60,334 nucleotides of DNA, from assembly GCA_029574005.1 (NCBI GenBank), contig JAKQBR010000308.1, positions 1 to 60,334 of the forward strand, given 5' to 3'. A program made the translations under genes and the position numbers. Under the pieces are notes generated by a model. That model worked only from the letters and a program-made list of their open reading frames with translations. It was not told the DNA's origin and did not search any database. This stretch comes from Deltaproteobacteria bacterium. GTDB taxonomy: Bacteria; Desulfobacterota; Desulfomonilia; UBA1062. This document shows positions 35,252-44,515 of the stretch, piece after piece; positions within the stretch are counted from its first letter, which is position 1, and each line of letters begins with the position of its first letter.

Positions 35252-36586
35252 ATGGCCCTGACCGGACTCCAGATCCAGAAACTGCTGCCGGGAACCAACT
35301 GCAAGGAATGCGGCTCGAACACCTGTCTGGCCTTTGCCATGAAGCTGGCCGCCAAGAAGGCCGCCATCACGGAGTGCCCATACGCCTCGGACGAGGCCAA
35401 GCACACCCTGGGTCTGGCCAATGAGCCGCCGGTCAAGACCATCGGCTTAGGCCCGGAGAAGAAGCTCATCACCGGCGGCGAGACCGTGCTCTACCGGCAC
35501 GACAAGACCTTTGTCAACCGCACCATTATAGCCGTGAACATCGATGACGACGCCGGGGCACAAGTTATCGACGCCGCCCTGGCGCAGGTGAAGGTCTATG
35601 CGCTGGAGCGCGTGGGCGAGACCCTGACGGTCGAGATGATCGGCCTCACCCAGCGCGGCGCCGACGCGTCGGGCTTTGCGTCCCTGGCCGGCAAGGCCTG
35701 GCAGGCCGCCGAACGGCCGCTCATCCTGCGCGGGCAGGATACGAAGGCCCTCAGCGAGGCGGCCAGGGCCGTGGCAGGCTCGGGCAGCATCGTATGTGCG
35801 CATGGCGAGGAACAGCTCGATGAGCTGCTGCCCGTGGCCAGGGAATGCGGCCATGCCGTGGCCTTAAGCGCGCCTGACCTCGACACCCTGGCGGCTTTGA
35901 GCGCCAGGCTGCGGGACGGCGGCATGACCGATTTGCTGCTGGGCTTCGAAACGCACAGCCTGGCCGAACAGTACCAGACCAACACCATTGCCAGGCGCGC
36001 GGCCATCAAGGACAACTTCAAGGCCTTAGGTCACCCGTTCCTGCACTTCGTCACCGGCGCCGACCCGTTCCAGACCACGGCCGCCGCCGTGACCGAGGTC
36101 GCCAAGTACGGCGGCGTCTGCGTGCTGCCAAGCTTTGACCCGGCTCAGCTCTCCGCACTCTTGACGCTGCGCCAGAACATCTTCACCGACCCGCAGAAAC
36201 CCATCCAGGTCGAGCCCAAGCTCTACACCATCGGCGAGCCCAAGCCCGAAGCGCCCGTGTTCGTGACCACCAACTTCTCGCTGACCTTCTTCATCGTCTC
36301 GGGCGAGATCGAGAACAGCGGCATCAGCGCCTGGCTGCTCGTGCCGGAGTGCGAGGGCATGAGCGTGCTCACGGCCTGGGCCGCGGGCAAGTTCTCGGCC
36401 GCCATCATCTCCAAGTTCATGCAGGAGATCGACCTGGAAAGCCGAATCACGTCCCGCCGCATCGTCATTCCCGGCTATGTGGCATCCATCAGCGGCGAGC
36501 TCGAAGACAATCTGCCGGGGTGGAAAATCCTCGTCGGCCCGGAAGAGGCGGCGGATTTGGAAGGGTTTATAAAAAGTTTTCTGTAG
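35252..36586 (+). CDS. acsC: Corrinoid iron-sulfur protein large subunit (444 aa)
   Basis: N-terminal [4Fe-4S] motif LPGTNCKECGSNTCLAFAMKLA. Length and colinearity match AcsC/CdhE. Tightly coupled to the acsB-acsD stop. Confidence 0.9.
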   Translation: MALTGLQIQKLLPGTNCKECGSNTCLAFAMKLAAKKAAITECPYASDEAKHTLGLANEPPVKTIGLGPEKKLITGGETVLYRHDKTFVNRTIIAVNIDDDAGAQVIDAALAQVKVYALERVGETLTVEMIGLTQRGADASGFASLAGKAWQAAERPLILRGQDTKALSEAARAVAGSGSIVCAHGEEQLDELLPVARECGHAVALSAPDLDTLAALSARLRDGGMTDLLLGFETHSLAEQYQTNTIARRAAIKDNFKALGHPFLHFVTGADPFQTTAAAVTEVAKYGGVCVLPSFDPAQLSALLTLRQNIFTDPQKPIQVEPKLYTIGEPKPEAPVFVTTNFSLTFFIVSGEIENSGISAWLLVPECEGMSVLTAWAAGKFSAAIISKFMQEIDLESRITSRRIVIPGYVASISGELEDNLPGWKILVGPEEAADLEGFIKSFL

Positions 36587-36800
36587 AGGTCAGCCGACCA
36601 GAACTGTGCATACCTTTGTCGCTCCTCATCGTAAGCGCTGCGGAGTACGTAGAGGGGTAAACCTCGCGCCACGACTCCGGTGCTCCTCGGTCTGCTTTGT
36701 TCTGGCGTGCTGTTGAGCAAGACCGATTTGAACTTTCAACAACGTGCTAGGATAGATATTCGTGCTATAATATCAGAAGCATGATGACAGGGGTATCAGG

Positions 36801-36858
36801 TCCCCTCTCCCACGACCCACTTCGCGGGTTCCCCGAGGGAGGGACAGGGTGAGGGGGA
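36801..36858. repeat. GC-rich intergenic inverted-repeat element (CCCCTCTCCC...GGGACAGGGTGAGGGGG)
   Basis: Translates on minus as ..LTLSLPRGTREVGRGRGD.., the classic spurious-ORF peptide of such repeats. Same class as the element at 33913. Confidence 0.45.
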
Positions 36859-36883
36859 ACATCTTTTTAGGAGCTGCATCTGA

Positions 36884-37354
36884 ATGACGAATTTGATTTC
36901 CGCTGAAGGCTTGCAGAAGCTCAAGGACGAATACAACCACCTCTGGACCGTGGTGCGGCCCAAGGTCGTGCAGGGCGTAGCCGATGCCGCGGCCGAGGGC
37001 GACCGCTCCGAAAACGCCGAGTACATCTACGGCAAAAAGAAGTTGACCGAGATCGACCGCAAGCTCAAGCACCTGGGCGGCCGCCTCAAAGTGCTTAAAG
37101 TCGCCGCGCCCCCGGCCAACCCCGCCAAGGTCTGTTTCGGCTGCTGGGTCACCTATGAGGAGGAGACCGGCGCAGAACGCTGCTACCAGCTCGTGGGCCC
37201 CGATGAGATCGACGTCAGCCAGGGCAGGATCAGCATCGACTCCCCCATCGGCCAGGCGCTCCTGAACAAGAAGGTCGATGACGAGGTGACGATCGGCAAG
37301 CCGAGAGGCAAGATCACGGCCTACATCACGGGCATCTATGCCGCCCGCCCATGA
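36884..37354 (+). CDS. greB: Transcription elongation (cleavage) factor GreB (156 aa)
   Basis: Motifs GLQKLKDEYNHLW, DRSENAEYIYGKKKLTEIDRKLKHL and ISIDSPIGQALLNKKVDDEV are closer to GreB than to GreA as I recall them. Confidence 0.75.
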   Translation: MTNLISAEGLQKLKDEYNHLWTVVRPKVVQGVADAAAEGDRSENAEYIYGKKKLTEIDRKLKHLGGRLKVLKVAAPPANPAKVCFGCWVTYEEETGAERCYQLVGPDEIDVSQGRISIDSPIGQALLNKKVDDEVTIGKPRGKITAYITGIYAARP

Positions 37355-37395
37355 TCCCATCCCGGAAGAAAAGGAGACGGATTTATCTTTCAGAT

Positions 37396-37436
37396 AAAAA
37401 ACCAAAAAAAATCCATCCCCTTTTCATCTCGGGATG
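37396..37436 (-). terminator. Weak hairpin plus long U-run after the nitroreductase gene
   Basis: CATCCC (37414-37419) and GGGATG (37431-37436) form a 6-bp stem. On the minus strand it is followed by TTTTTTTTGGTTTTT. Confidence 0.35.
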
Positions 37437-37440
37437 AGTG

Positions 37441-38373
37441 TTAGCGCCAGTCTATCTTGGCAGGGTCACGGGGCGGTATGCGGGAGAATTTGATGGCTGG
37501 ATACCCCAGTGTCATGGCGCCATGACACTGGTGATTGCGCGGGATGCCGAGCCAGTCCTTGATCTTACGATTGTAGTTGGTTGCTACATGCACGAAACCG
37601 TTGAAGCAGCATCCAACACCCAAAAGTTCGGCCATGAGCGAACAGCTGTATAGAGCCGCAGCGCATCCGAAACCGGCCGGCTGGTCCATCTTCTTGGTAT
37701 GCACCAGGATCATGGCCGGGGCATGATAACAGAAGCGGTCGATGCCCTGCTTTTTGAGCTCGCCGAATTCGCGTACGATGGGGGCATACATTTTAGGTAC
37801 GGCGATCAGCTCCAAGTTGCCGGTCAAATACATGAACATAAGAAAGAGCGGATTCTCGCTCAGGCTAAGGATCTTGTTAAGATAGGGCGTTACCATATCC
37901 TCCAGTGCCTGGATCTTTTCGGCTGAATCAATGACCGTATAGAAAATGTCCTGCCGGTTGCCGCCGGTGGCGGTGTAACGGCCGGCCTCGATGATCTTCT
38001 CGATCACCTCGCGATCGACTGGCTCGGGGCGGTAGTTACGCACCGAACGCCGCGCCGAGAGGAGCATCTGCAACGCCTCGGGCTTGGGCAAACGTTTTTT
38101 CTCGATCCGCTGCGGCTCGACATCACGGTGTTCCGGATCGACAAAGGCGCCTGCCGGGCAGACTGCCAGGCAGTGGCCGCATTTTATGCAGAAGGATGTT
38201 GGGTCAGCGCTGATTACTGATTTTTTATCCCGCAGCACAAAGATCTTGGCCGGGCATACTTTGACGCACAGGCCGCAACCAGTGCATTTTTCCGGTATGG
38301 TCTCAGGCGGTATACGTCTGAATCCATCCTCAATGGCCTGCATGGCCGCCATGGTCTTCTCAAAAAGGCGCAT
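37441..38373 (-). CDS. 2x[4Fe-4S] ferredoxin domain fused to a nitroreductase-family domain (310 aa)
   Basis: RBS GAGGAGGAA precedes MRLFEK, so the track start at 38556 is an over-extension. Motifs CTGCGLCVKVCP, CIKCGHCLAVCP and RRSVRNYRPEPV. Confidence 0.75.
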   Translation of the reverse strand: MRLFEKTMAAMQAIEDGFRRIPPETIPEKCTGCGLCVKVCPAKIFVLRDKKSVISADPTSFCIKCGHCLAVCPAGAFVDPEHRDVEPQRIEKKRLPKPEALQMLLSARRSVRNYRPEPVDREVIEKIIEAGRYTATGGNRQDIFYTVIDSAEKIQALEDMVTPYLNKILSLSENPLFLMFMYLTGNLELIAVPKMYAPIVREFGELKKQGIDRFCYHAPAMILVHTKKMDQPAGFGCAAALYSCSLMAELLGVGCCFNGFVHVATNYNRKIKDWLGIPRNHQCHGAMTLGYPAIKFSRIPPRDPAKIDWR

Positions 38374-38713
38374 AGGGATTCCTCCTCTCATCAGTACGCG
38401 TGCTTCCCACACGTACGCGCTGCAATAAAAAACACCTCCCGCTGGTTGTGAGAGGTGCTCTTCTGCGGGGCATTGCCAGGTACTCCGGATGATAACCTCA
38501 TGAACATTGATCGGTTTGTCCAGGATGGTATTCCTTTTCCTCATCGCCGTCGCCATGGTTTTCTATCCTTGAATAATCCTCATCCTAAAAAGGAAACTGA
38601 GGCGTCACCCATAGGTGGACCCTTATCCTGTCCACCTTTTCTCCCTGCAATACCGGGCATCCCGGCTTCACGCCCTTTCTGGCAAGGCTCCCCTCATGCC
38701 TTCTCGCGGTGCG

Positions 38714-39853
38714 TCAATCCTGCATGCCGCTCAAGAACATCCGTTCGTAGATGCGGCTCTTCAAAGAATCCGGCAAATGCATCAGGCAGCGTGAGCCGAA
38801 CCGGGCAAGGGGGTAAGGGATGTGCTTCCGATGGAAGGTGATGCCCTCCACCCAGGCATACCCCTCCACGGGCGGCTCCTTTCGGGCCAGGTTGACCATC
38901 TGGCCGTTGGCCCACAGGGCCATGCCCTTGACCTCCAGGATGCGGCGTTGACAGTGCCACTGGAATTGTCGCTGACCATGGTCCATGGTTACATCCACCC
39001 TGGCGGGGTAGCCTTGGGGCGCCCAGGTCACGGCCACGGCGTTCTCCGTCGGGGCAGTGACCTCGGTGCCATCGACGGCGAAGCAGACATTCCAGTTTTC
39101 CGGGCCTGAGATGACCACGCCGTAGTCGGTCGATCCGTCCCGGTAGCGATTGGCCCACACTAGCCACAGGTCTTCAAAGAACAGGAACCCCTTGCTCTGA
39201 AACCAATCCATGCCGCGCGGCAGCCAGGCCTGATCCAGGGACCCATACCCGGACACCCGCTCGCCGCGGATGGTCCCGGTGCAGCGGAAGACCTCCGCGG
39301 TGTAGTAGAGCCCCTCCTTGATCCGGACGCCCGGGAAGTAATAACTCAAGGCCGGGCCGAGCGACTCGAACTCGAGGTCAACGACCCCACCCTCCTCGCG
39401 CCAGTGGATCTTGTGGACACCCAACTGGATCTCGAAACTGTGCCTCGCGGGGTAGGACTTGACGATGGCCGCATCCTTGCCGTCAATCCGGTCGAAGGCG
39501 ATCTTGCCCGTATAGAGCTTTTTGAAGAGCCGGGTCGATACGCCCGCGAGATCGTCGCGCATCGTGAAGGATATGATGATGTTGGAATGGGTCTTTTCAT
39601 ACCCCCGCACCAGGCCATAGCGCTTGCCGCTGGCCGATTGCAGGGAGGCGCTGAGCCAGCCCTCATCCCATAACAACCCCTGGCGGGAGGTGGTCCTGAA
39701 ATAATCGTCGATCGAGCCTGGCACAAACGGGGTGACGATGACCTCGCGGCCATAATCCTGGAACAGTGACTGATTGGAATATTTCAAGCCCGGTGCACAG
39801 GCGCTCAAGCCCAAGGTCACCGCGATAGCCAGGATAACGACGCTCTGCTTCAT
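38714..39853 (-). CDS. Lipoprotein of unknown function (379 aa), co-oriented downstream of lipase paralogue 1
   Basis: RBS GGAGG before MKQSVVILAIAVTLGLSAC (lipobox). Beta-rich and Trp-rich. A CrtC/AttH-like fold is conceivable, but I cannot find the family motifs. Confidence 0.6.
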   Translation of the reverse strand: MKQSVVILAIAVTLGLSACAPGLKYSNQSLFQDYGREVIVTPFVPGSIDDYFRTTSRQGLLWDEGWLSASLQSASGKRYGLVRGYEKTHSNIIISFTMRDDLAGVSTRLFKKLYTGKIAFDRIDGKDAAIVKSYPARHSFEIQLGVHKIHWREEGGVVDLEFESLGPALSYYFPGVRIKEGLYYTAEVFRCTGTIRGERVSGYGSLDQAWLPRGMDWFQSKGFLFFEDLWLVWANRYRDGSTDYGVVISGPENWNVCFAVDGTEVTAPTENAVAVTWAPQGYPARVDVTMDHGQRQFQWHCQRRILEVKGMALWANGQMVNLARKEPPVEGYAWVEGITFHRKHIPYPLARFGSRCLMHLPDSLKSRIYERMFLSGMQD

Positions 39854-39952
39854 TCCGAGACCTCCGCTATGGCCCTCATGGAAAGGTATGGGATCAGGGC
39901 TTGCGTTATTTCGCGCTGCACCAGGATGGGCGAATACAAGACCTGCGGCCAC

Positions 39953-41380
39953 TCAGTTGCATCGGGCATCGCCTACCTGGTCAGCTGATGCGGCCTCGGC
40001 TTCAGGCATGCCGGCCCCGTTGGTCTGCCGGTCCAGCCAGTCGCCGATATACGGGTAGGTCACGTACGGGGCATTGAGTCCGTCGGTGATGTCGAGATGC
40101 GCCGAATTTGGGATCAGATGGTATTCGTCGCCTGGGTTGGGGGTCTTGGCCTCCATCAGCATCCCAACGATATCCTGGGCATGCACCATGGCCCCGGAAT
40201 AGGACATGACCGCGAGAGTGGGCAGGGTGAGCAGCTGCATATGCCGGTCATAATAGTAATACCCATCCTTGTCCGGGTCCGGTTTCGGGCCTTTGGCCAC
40301 GTCTTTGTTCTCGATGCCGTTTTTCCAGAATTCCCTGATCCTATGGTTCAGGGCGATGTCTCCCCATTGGCCCAGGCCGCGGATATAGGCGCCCGAGGCC
40401 GCGTAGCGGATGAAATAGTCGGTAACATAGGGGTGCGAATTATACATGAACCAGAAATTCTGTACGGACATGAGACCCTGCTTCCGTGCCTGCAACTCGG
40501 AATGCCGGTTGATATGATTAAAGTATTTGTCGATGAAGAAAGCCGTGATGTCACTGTCGGTGACATACCGGTTGAGTCCATTGTCCAAGGCGCTGTCCAG
40601 ATCGAGGTGGTCCGGCTTGCCGAAGGCCTTCCACATGCAATAGGTATCAATCGATGTGGGAAGGATCGGCGTGAGCCCCGGGTCGATTGCGATATAGCCC
40701 TTGATCAGGGCATTGCGCGAGCGGGCGAGCTCGGGGTTCGATCTGACATGCGGGATATACCCCGCCTTGGCCCCATCTTCGAGCTCCTTGGGATCGAAGT
40801 AGGCCCCCTGGAGATAGGCATGGCAAACGAAGCCGCCGGTGCTGTGGCCGCCGATGAACGGCCGCTTCCCCGTTTCGGCGACCACCTTCTTGACGCAGGC
40901 ATCCGCGTCCAGGATGCCCCAGACATCGTTATTGGTCAGCATGTTACCCATATCGCTTCTAAACTCTCCGCGGCCCGTACCGCGGTAATTGGCCAGCCAT
41001 ACATCGTAGCCTTTCACCCAGAGATAATGCGCCAGACTGTAATAGCGCATGGGATCCGCCTTGATGTAGGGGTCGTCTTTGGCCCATGGGGCCAGCGGGA
41101 TGGGCAGGGTCATATCCTTATAGTCGTCCCGGCGCTCTTCGGGGGTGTGGGTGAGGTAGATGTTCATGTTGCACATGATGCCGGTAAAGAGCAGTATGGG
41201 TTGGGCCCCATTTCGAAAAGCAGCCTCCGGGGCGGGCCGGTACCGCTTCATCTTGAGCGTCACGCCGTCATCGGTTTCTGCCGTATAAAGGCCGTCGGCG
41301 GCCGAAACGGGCTGGGCAACCCATAAAAAGAAGAGAAAAATACCGACTACGGTCAAGAGGCGTCTGCTTGCTGTATTCAT
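39953..41380 (-). CDS. Secreted lipase-like alpha/beta hydrolase, paralogue 1 (475 aa)
   Basis: Signal peptide ..AQPVSA. Nucleophile elbow GGHSTGG. N-terminal block DGVTLKMKRYRP.PEAAFRNGAQPILLF is reminiscent of the abhydro_lipase N-domain. Confidence 0.8.
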   Translation of the reverse strand: MNTASRRLLTVVGIFLFFLWVAQPVSAADGLYTAETDDGVTLKMKRYRPAPEAAFRNGAQPILLFTGIMCNMNIYLTHTPEERRDDYKDMTLPIPLAPWAKDDPYIKADPMRYYSLAHYLWVKGYDVWLANYRGTGRGEFRSDMGNMLTNNDVWGILDADACVKKVVAETGKRPFIGGHSTGGFVCHAYLQGAYFDPKELEDGAKAGYIPHVRSNPELARSRNALIKGYIAIDPGLTPILPTSIDTYCMWKAFGKPDHLDLDSALDNGLNRYVTDSDITAFFIDKYFNHINRHSELQARKQGLMSVQNFWFMYNSHPYVTDYFIRYAASGAYIRGLGQWGDIALNHRIREFWKNGIENKDVAKGPKPDPDKDGYYYYDRHMQLLTLPTLAVMSYSGAMVHAQDIVGMLMEAKTPNPGDEYHLIPNSAHLDITDGLNAPYVTYPYIGDWLDRQTNGAGMPEAEAASADQVGDARCN

Positions 41381-41413
41381 GGCGGATTCTCCTTCTTTAG
41401 TTACGCATTGTGA

Positions 41414-41442
41414 ATTAAACTACCAAACTGACAATGTGTCAA
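41414..41442 (-). promoter_or_regulatory. Sigma-70-type promoter (TTGACA-17-TTTAAT) with overlapping palindrome TGACaatgtGTCA
   Basis: The minus strand reads TTGACAcattgtcagtttggtagTTTAAT. It lies ~30 nt upstream of the RBS/ATG at 41380. The palindrome at 41429-41441 overlaps the -35. Confidence 0.45.
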
Positions 41443-41697
41443 CTATAATGGGATCAACACGCATTATCATTGCCATGGGCGCCCGCCTCGATTTTCCAGA
41501 TGAGCGCTACAGCGTTGAGTATGAAGCGGTTTGGATGGCAGCCGCACACCTCTTCATGAGGCGGATTCATGACGGCGTGATTAATATAAAGGGGCTGCGT
41601 CTCCAATCATCCCTTCATTTTCCTCCCAGAGGCTCTTCCACCCATAGTGGAACGGCCTTGATGCGCATCATCATCAGATTGCGCTTATGAAAAGGTT

Positions 41698-42030
41698 TTA
41701 GCCCCTGAAGAATGGACAAAACCTCCCGACGGGTAGGGTCGGCATACCAGGAGGGCGGCCGCGATGGACACCGCAGCCTTCGGCATCGTGGGAAATACCT
41801 GTCCCATCCGGTTTGAATGACAGCTCGGCGCCACGGTTGGTTGTAAATCGGGCGATGAACGCAGTGGTGGAAATGCGCCTTTTTACCGGCCAGGCGCGCA
41901 ATTTCATACGGTTTGAGCTGGACAATATTATAGCCGCAACACGCAAGGCAACGGTTGCAGGAAAACCAGACGAGGCTGGCGGCGGTTGTCGATCCATTTG
42001 GGCCCTGACCAACATACCGTATTGGTTTTA
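41698..42030 (-). pseudogene. Decayed YkgJ-family (CxxCxxCC) cysteine-cluster protein gene
   Basis: One minus-strand frame reads WFSCNRCLACCGYNIVQLKPYEIARLAGKK. After the A5 run (plus T-run 41880-41884) the family-like continuation is in another frame: ..LSFKPDGTGISHDAEGCGVHRGRPP....FCPF. There is no start codon for the first part. Confidence 0.4.
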
Positions 42031-42118
42031 TTGATTGCGTCGTATGGCACGGGCAAGCCCTACTGGCCCATGGAACTCCATGGGGCGAGGAGGCACCTTC
42101 GCCGGAATCCCCTGAGGC

Positions 42119-42670
42119 TCATTCCTCATGAATGATCAGCCTCCCCTTCTCTTCCGTCTTTGATCCGCCGCGCGGCAAGGTGATGACGATCCTGGTCCCG
42201 GTCGGTCCCTGATCTGGATCGGCGTTCGATTCGACCTCCATGGTCCCGGCATGCGCCTTGACCGCGGCATAGGCCAGAGGAATCCCCAATCCGATTCCCG
42301 CGGGTTTGGTGGTAAAGTACGGGATGAAGATCTGATCCATGTTTTCCGGGGGTATGCCACGCCCCGTATCTTTCAGCGTGATAACGATGCGCTGTCCGTC
42401 GTCCTTGGCATCAAGAGACAACTCGCCCCCGGAAGGCATGGCCTCCACGGCATTGGTTTCCAGATTCACCAGGGTTTCAAGGACCAGCGCCCGATCGATC
42501 CAGGCCATGGTGTCGGCGAGATTCAGAGAGAGCGTGATGGCGATGTTATCCGGCGCATTGAGGCGCGTCAGGCTTTCCTCGATTACCTTGCCGATATCCG
42601 AAGGGCGGCGCGGTGTCCTGTTCAGCGCGAGATTTCCACCCCTGCTGTTGATGGAGGGTTCTTCTTTCAT
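42119..42670 (-). CDS. Stand-alone HATPase_c (histidine-kinase ATP-binding) domain protein lacking a HisKA/H-box (183 aa)
   Basis: RBS GGAGAAG before MKEEP. N-, G1- and G2-box-like motifs: LVNLETNAVEAM, LKDTGRGIPPE, FTTKPAGIGLGIPL. No phospho-acceptor His region lies upstream. Confidence 0.65.
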   Translation of the reverse strand: MKEEPSINSRGGNLALNRTPRRPSDIGKVIEESLTRLNAPDNIAITLSLNLADTMAWIDRALVLETLVNLETNAVEAMPSGGELSLDAKDDGQRIVITLKDTGRGIPPENMDQIFIPYFTTKPAGIGLGIPLAYAAVKAHAGTMEVESNADPDQGPTGTRIVITLPRGGSKTEEKGRLIIHEE

Positions 42671-42967
42671 CGCTTCTCCGATTTTTTTTGTATACCAGAC
42701 TTGTCGGCAAAAAATAACCGCATCATCGGTACCACGCCTAGTCCCTGATCCACCATCCGCCCGTACGATGTGATGTCGACAAGCGAAAAAACGGTAAGGA
42801 CAGGTCCCGCTCTTGCCGAGACCGGTTCTTGGAGTTTTCCCTGTCGCCGCGGGCACGCATGGGGCCATGAAAAACACACAGGTTAAGGGATCCTTGATTA
42901 TACTTTGAGCCGAGACAGCCTTTATGCTATTCTATCGCAATTCGATGCGGCTGAGAGGTAATTAACG

Positions 42968-43666
42968 ATGGGATATGCTCCGGACGAGAATAAACCCGCA
43001 CCTTCCATGCGAAGGGATGTCCTGGAAATAAAGAGCCGCCTGTTCGATCTGTTCGTGGTGCATACCGAAACAGGGTATTGTATTCAGCAATGTTCCAACG
43101 AGCAACTCTGGGAAATCAAGAGCGCCATGGAGGAAATCAGGCGCGTCCTGTTGCAATACGCCCCGGCCGATACGATGCCTCCATCGCTCCTGCTCCTGGA
43201 CGAGTTCATCAATGTGTATTCATTGGCGACCATGCCGTTGCTCTTCGGTCAGGAGAGGCTCCCTTATCCGCGCCCGATATACGCTGTGCTCATCCAAGCC
43301 GCACTGCTGGCGGGAAAGCTGGAATCGCCGGATTGGATATTGGATAAACTGGTCGGGACCCACATCATCTACAATGAGGCCGGGTATATCATCGGCTCCA
43401 AAGGCAGCATGGGCGGGTATAGGGCAGAAGAGGTCGCGGGCAAGCATTTCACGGAATTCATTATTCCCGCACAAATCCCGAAGGCATCGGAGCAGTTTGT
43501 GAATCTGTTCAAGGGGAAGCGCGGTTCGCATTCGTATCTGTTGCGACACAAGGATGGCAGCACCGGCTGGCATACACTACACTGCCATCCTTACATAACC
43601 AATGAAAAGTTAACGGTATTGTCCGCCATCCAGGATGGATACAGCTCCGATTACATCGAAGGATGA
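42968..43666 (+). CDS. Unknown N-domain plus C-terminal PAS-like domain protein, paralogue A (232 aa)
   Basis: The C-terminus (GTHIIYNEAGYIIGSKGSMGGYRAEEVAGKHFTEFI...LLRHKDGSTGWHTLHCHPY) has a PAS pattern. Colinear with the next gene. Confidence 0.6.
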   Translation: MGYAPDENKPAPSMRRDVLEIKSRLFDLFVVHTETGYCIQQCSNEQLWEIKSAMEEIRRVLLQYAPADTMPPSLLLLDEFINVYSLATMPLLFGQERLPYPRPIYAVLIQAALLAGKLESPDWILDKLVGTHIIYNEAGYIIGSKGSMGGYRAEEVAGKHFTEFIIPAQIPKASEQFVNLFKGKRGSHSYLLRHKDGSTGWHTLHCHPYITNEKLTVLSAIQDGYSSDYIEG

Positions 43667-43690
43667 ACCCCCATAAAGGAATGAGCGTGT

Positions 43691-44401
43691 ATGTTTGAAG
43701 ACATGTTCTGGCCCTGGGCCGCAAGAAAGGCGGAACCACCCACTCTACCCAAGGAATTGTTCGAGATAAAGAGTGAGCACTTTCAAGAAGTGTTCGTGCA
43801 TACCCAAACCCGCAATACCGCGCTGTGCTTCAGCGCCGGCCAGATCCTGGAAATCAGGAAAGGTCTTCAGGAGATCCAAGGCGTGATCATGCGGCATGTC
43901 CCGGAGGATAAGCGGCAAGTGCCGTTGTCCCTGCTGAATGAATATCTCGAGACGCTTCATCTTGCCGCCCTGGCGTCATCCTTCGGAAAGGATGGTCTCT
44001 TTTACCCGCGGCCCTTATACAACTCGCTTTTCATGGCCGCGAACGAGTCCAACCACAAGGATGCTCCGGCCTGGATACTGGAGCACATGATCGGAACCCA
44101 CCTCCTGTACGATGAAAACGGCCGGATCCTGCAGGCGAGCGGCACCATTGCCGGACATGCAAAGGAAGAGATCGCCGGATCGTATATCTTTGATTTTATC
44201 GTACCGGAGCATATTCCCGCTGCCTTTGAACCGTTGGGGGACCTCTTGAGATGCATCAACATCGAACACACCTGTCTTCTCAAGGCCAAGGACGGATCAC
44301 GGCAATGGTATACCTTCTACTGCCATCCGTACAGGAAAGGCGATAAGGTCTTCATCCTTGCCGCGGCCAAGGCAGGTGGTTCATCCGGAGAGCGCATGTG
44401 A
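43691..44401 (+). CDS. Unknown N-domain plus C-terminal PAS-like domain protein, paralogue B (236 aa)
   Basis: Shares these blocks with 42968-43666: EIKS..F...FVHT, L.EI...L.EI, PLSLL.E, FYPRPLY, GTHLLYDENG and KDGS..W.TF.CHPY. Confidence 0.6.
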   Translation: MFEDMFWPWAARKAEPPTLPKELFEIKSEHFQEVFVHTQTRNTALCFSAGQILEIRKGLQEIQGVIMRHVPEDKRQVPLSLLNEYLETLHLAALASSFGKDGLFYPRPLYNSLFMAANESNHKDAPAWILEHMIGTHLLYDENGRILQASGTIAGHAKEEIAGSYIFDFIVPEHIPAAFEPLGDLLRCINIEHTCLLKAKDGSRQWYTFYCHPYRKGDKVFILAAAKAGGSSGERM

Positions 44402-44515
44402 TGCGCCGGAGGGCACACTGTGGGGACCAGGCTTCTCCCTGTGACAGGTCGTGTCGATTGCCCGTATCCGCACCCCTTGTTCCCTCTCAGCCGGAGCCCC
44501 GCGTACGCAACCGCG

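Noticed and set aside
38714-39853. Calling the 379-aa lipoprotein a CrtC/AttH-type carotenoid hydratase.
   Set aside because: It would fit the theme, but I could not find the family's characteristic motifs by eye (for example the EWWY-type block). It is left as unknown.
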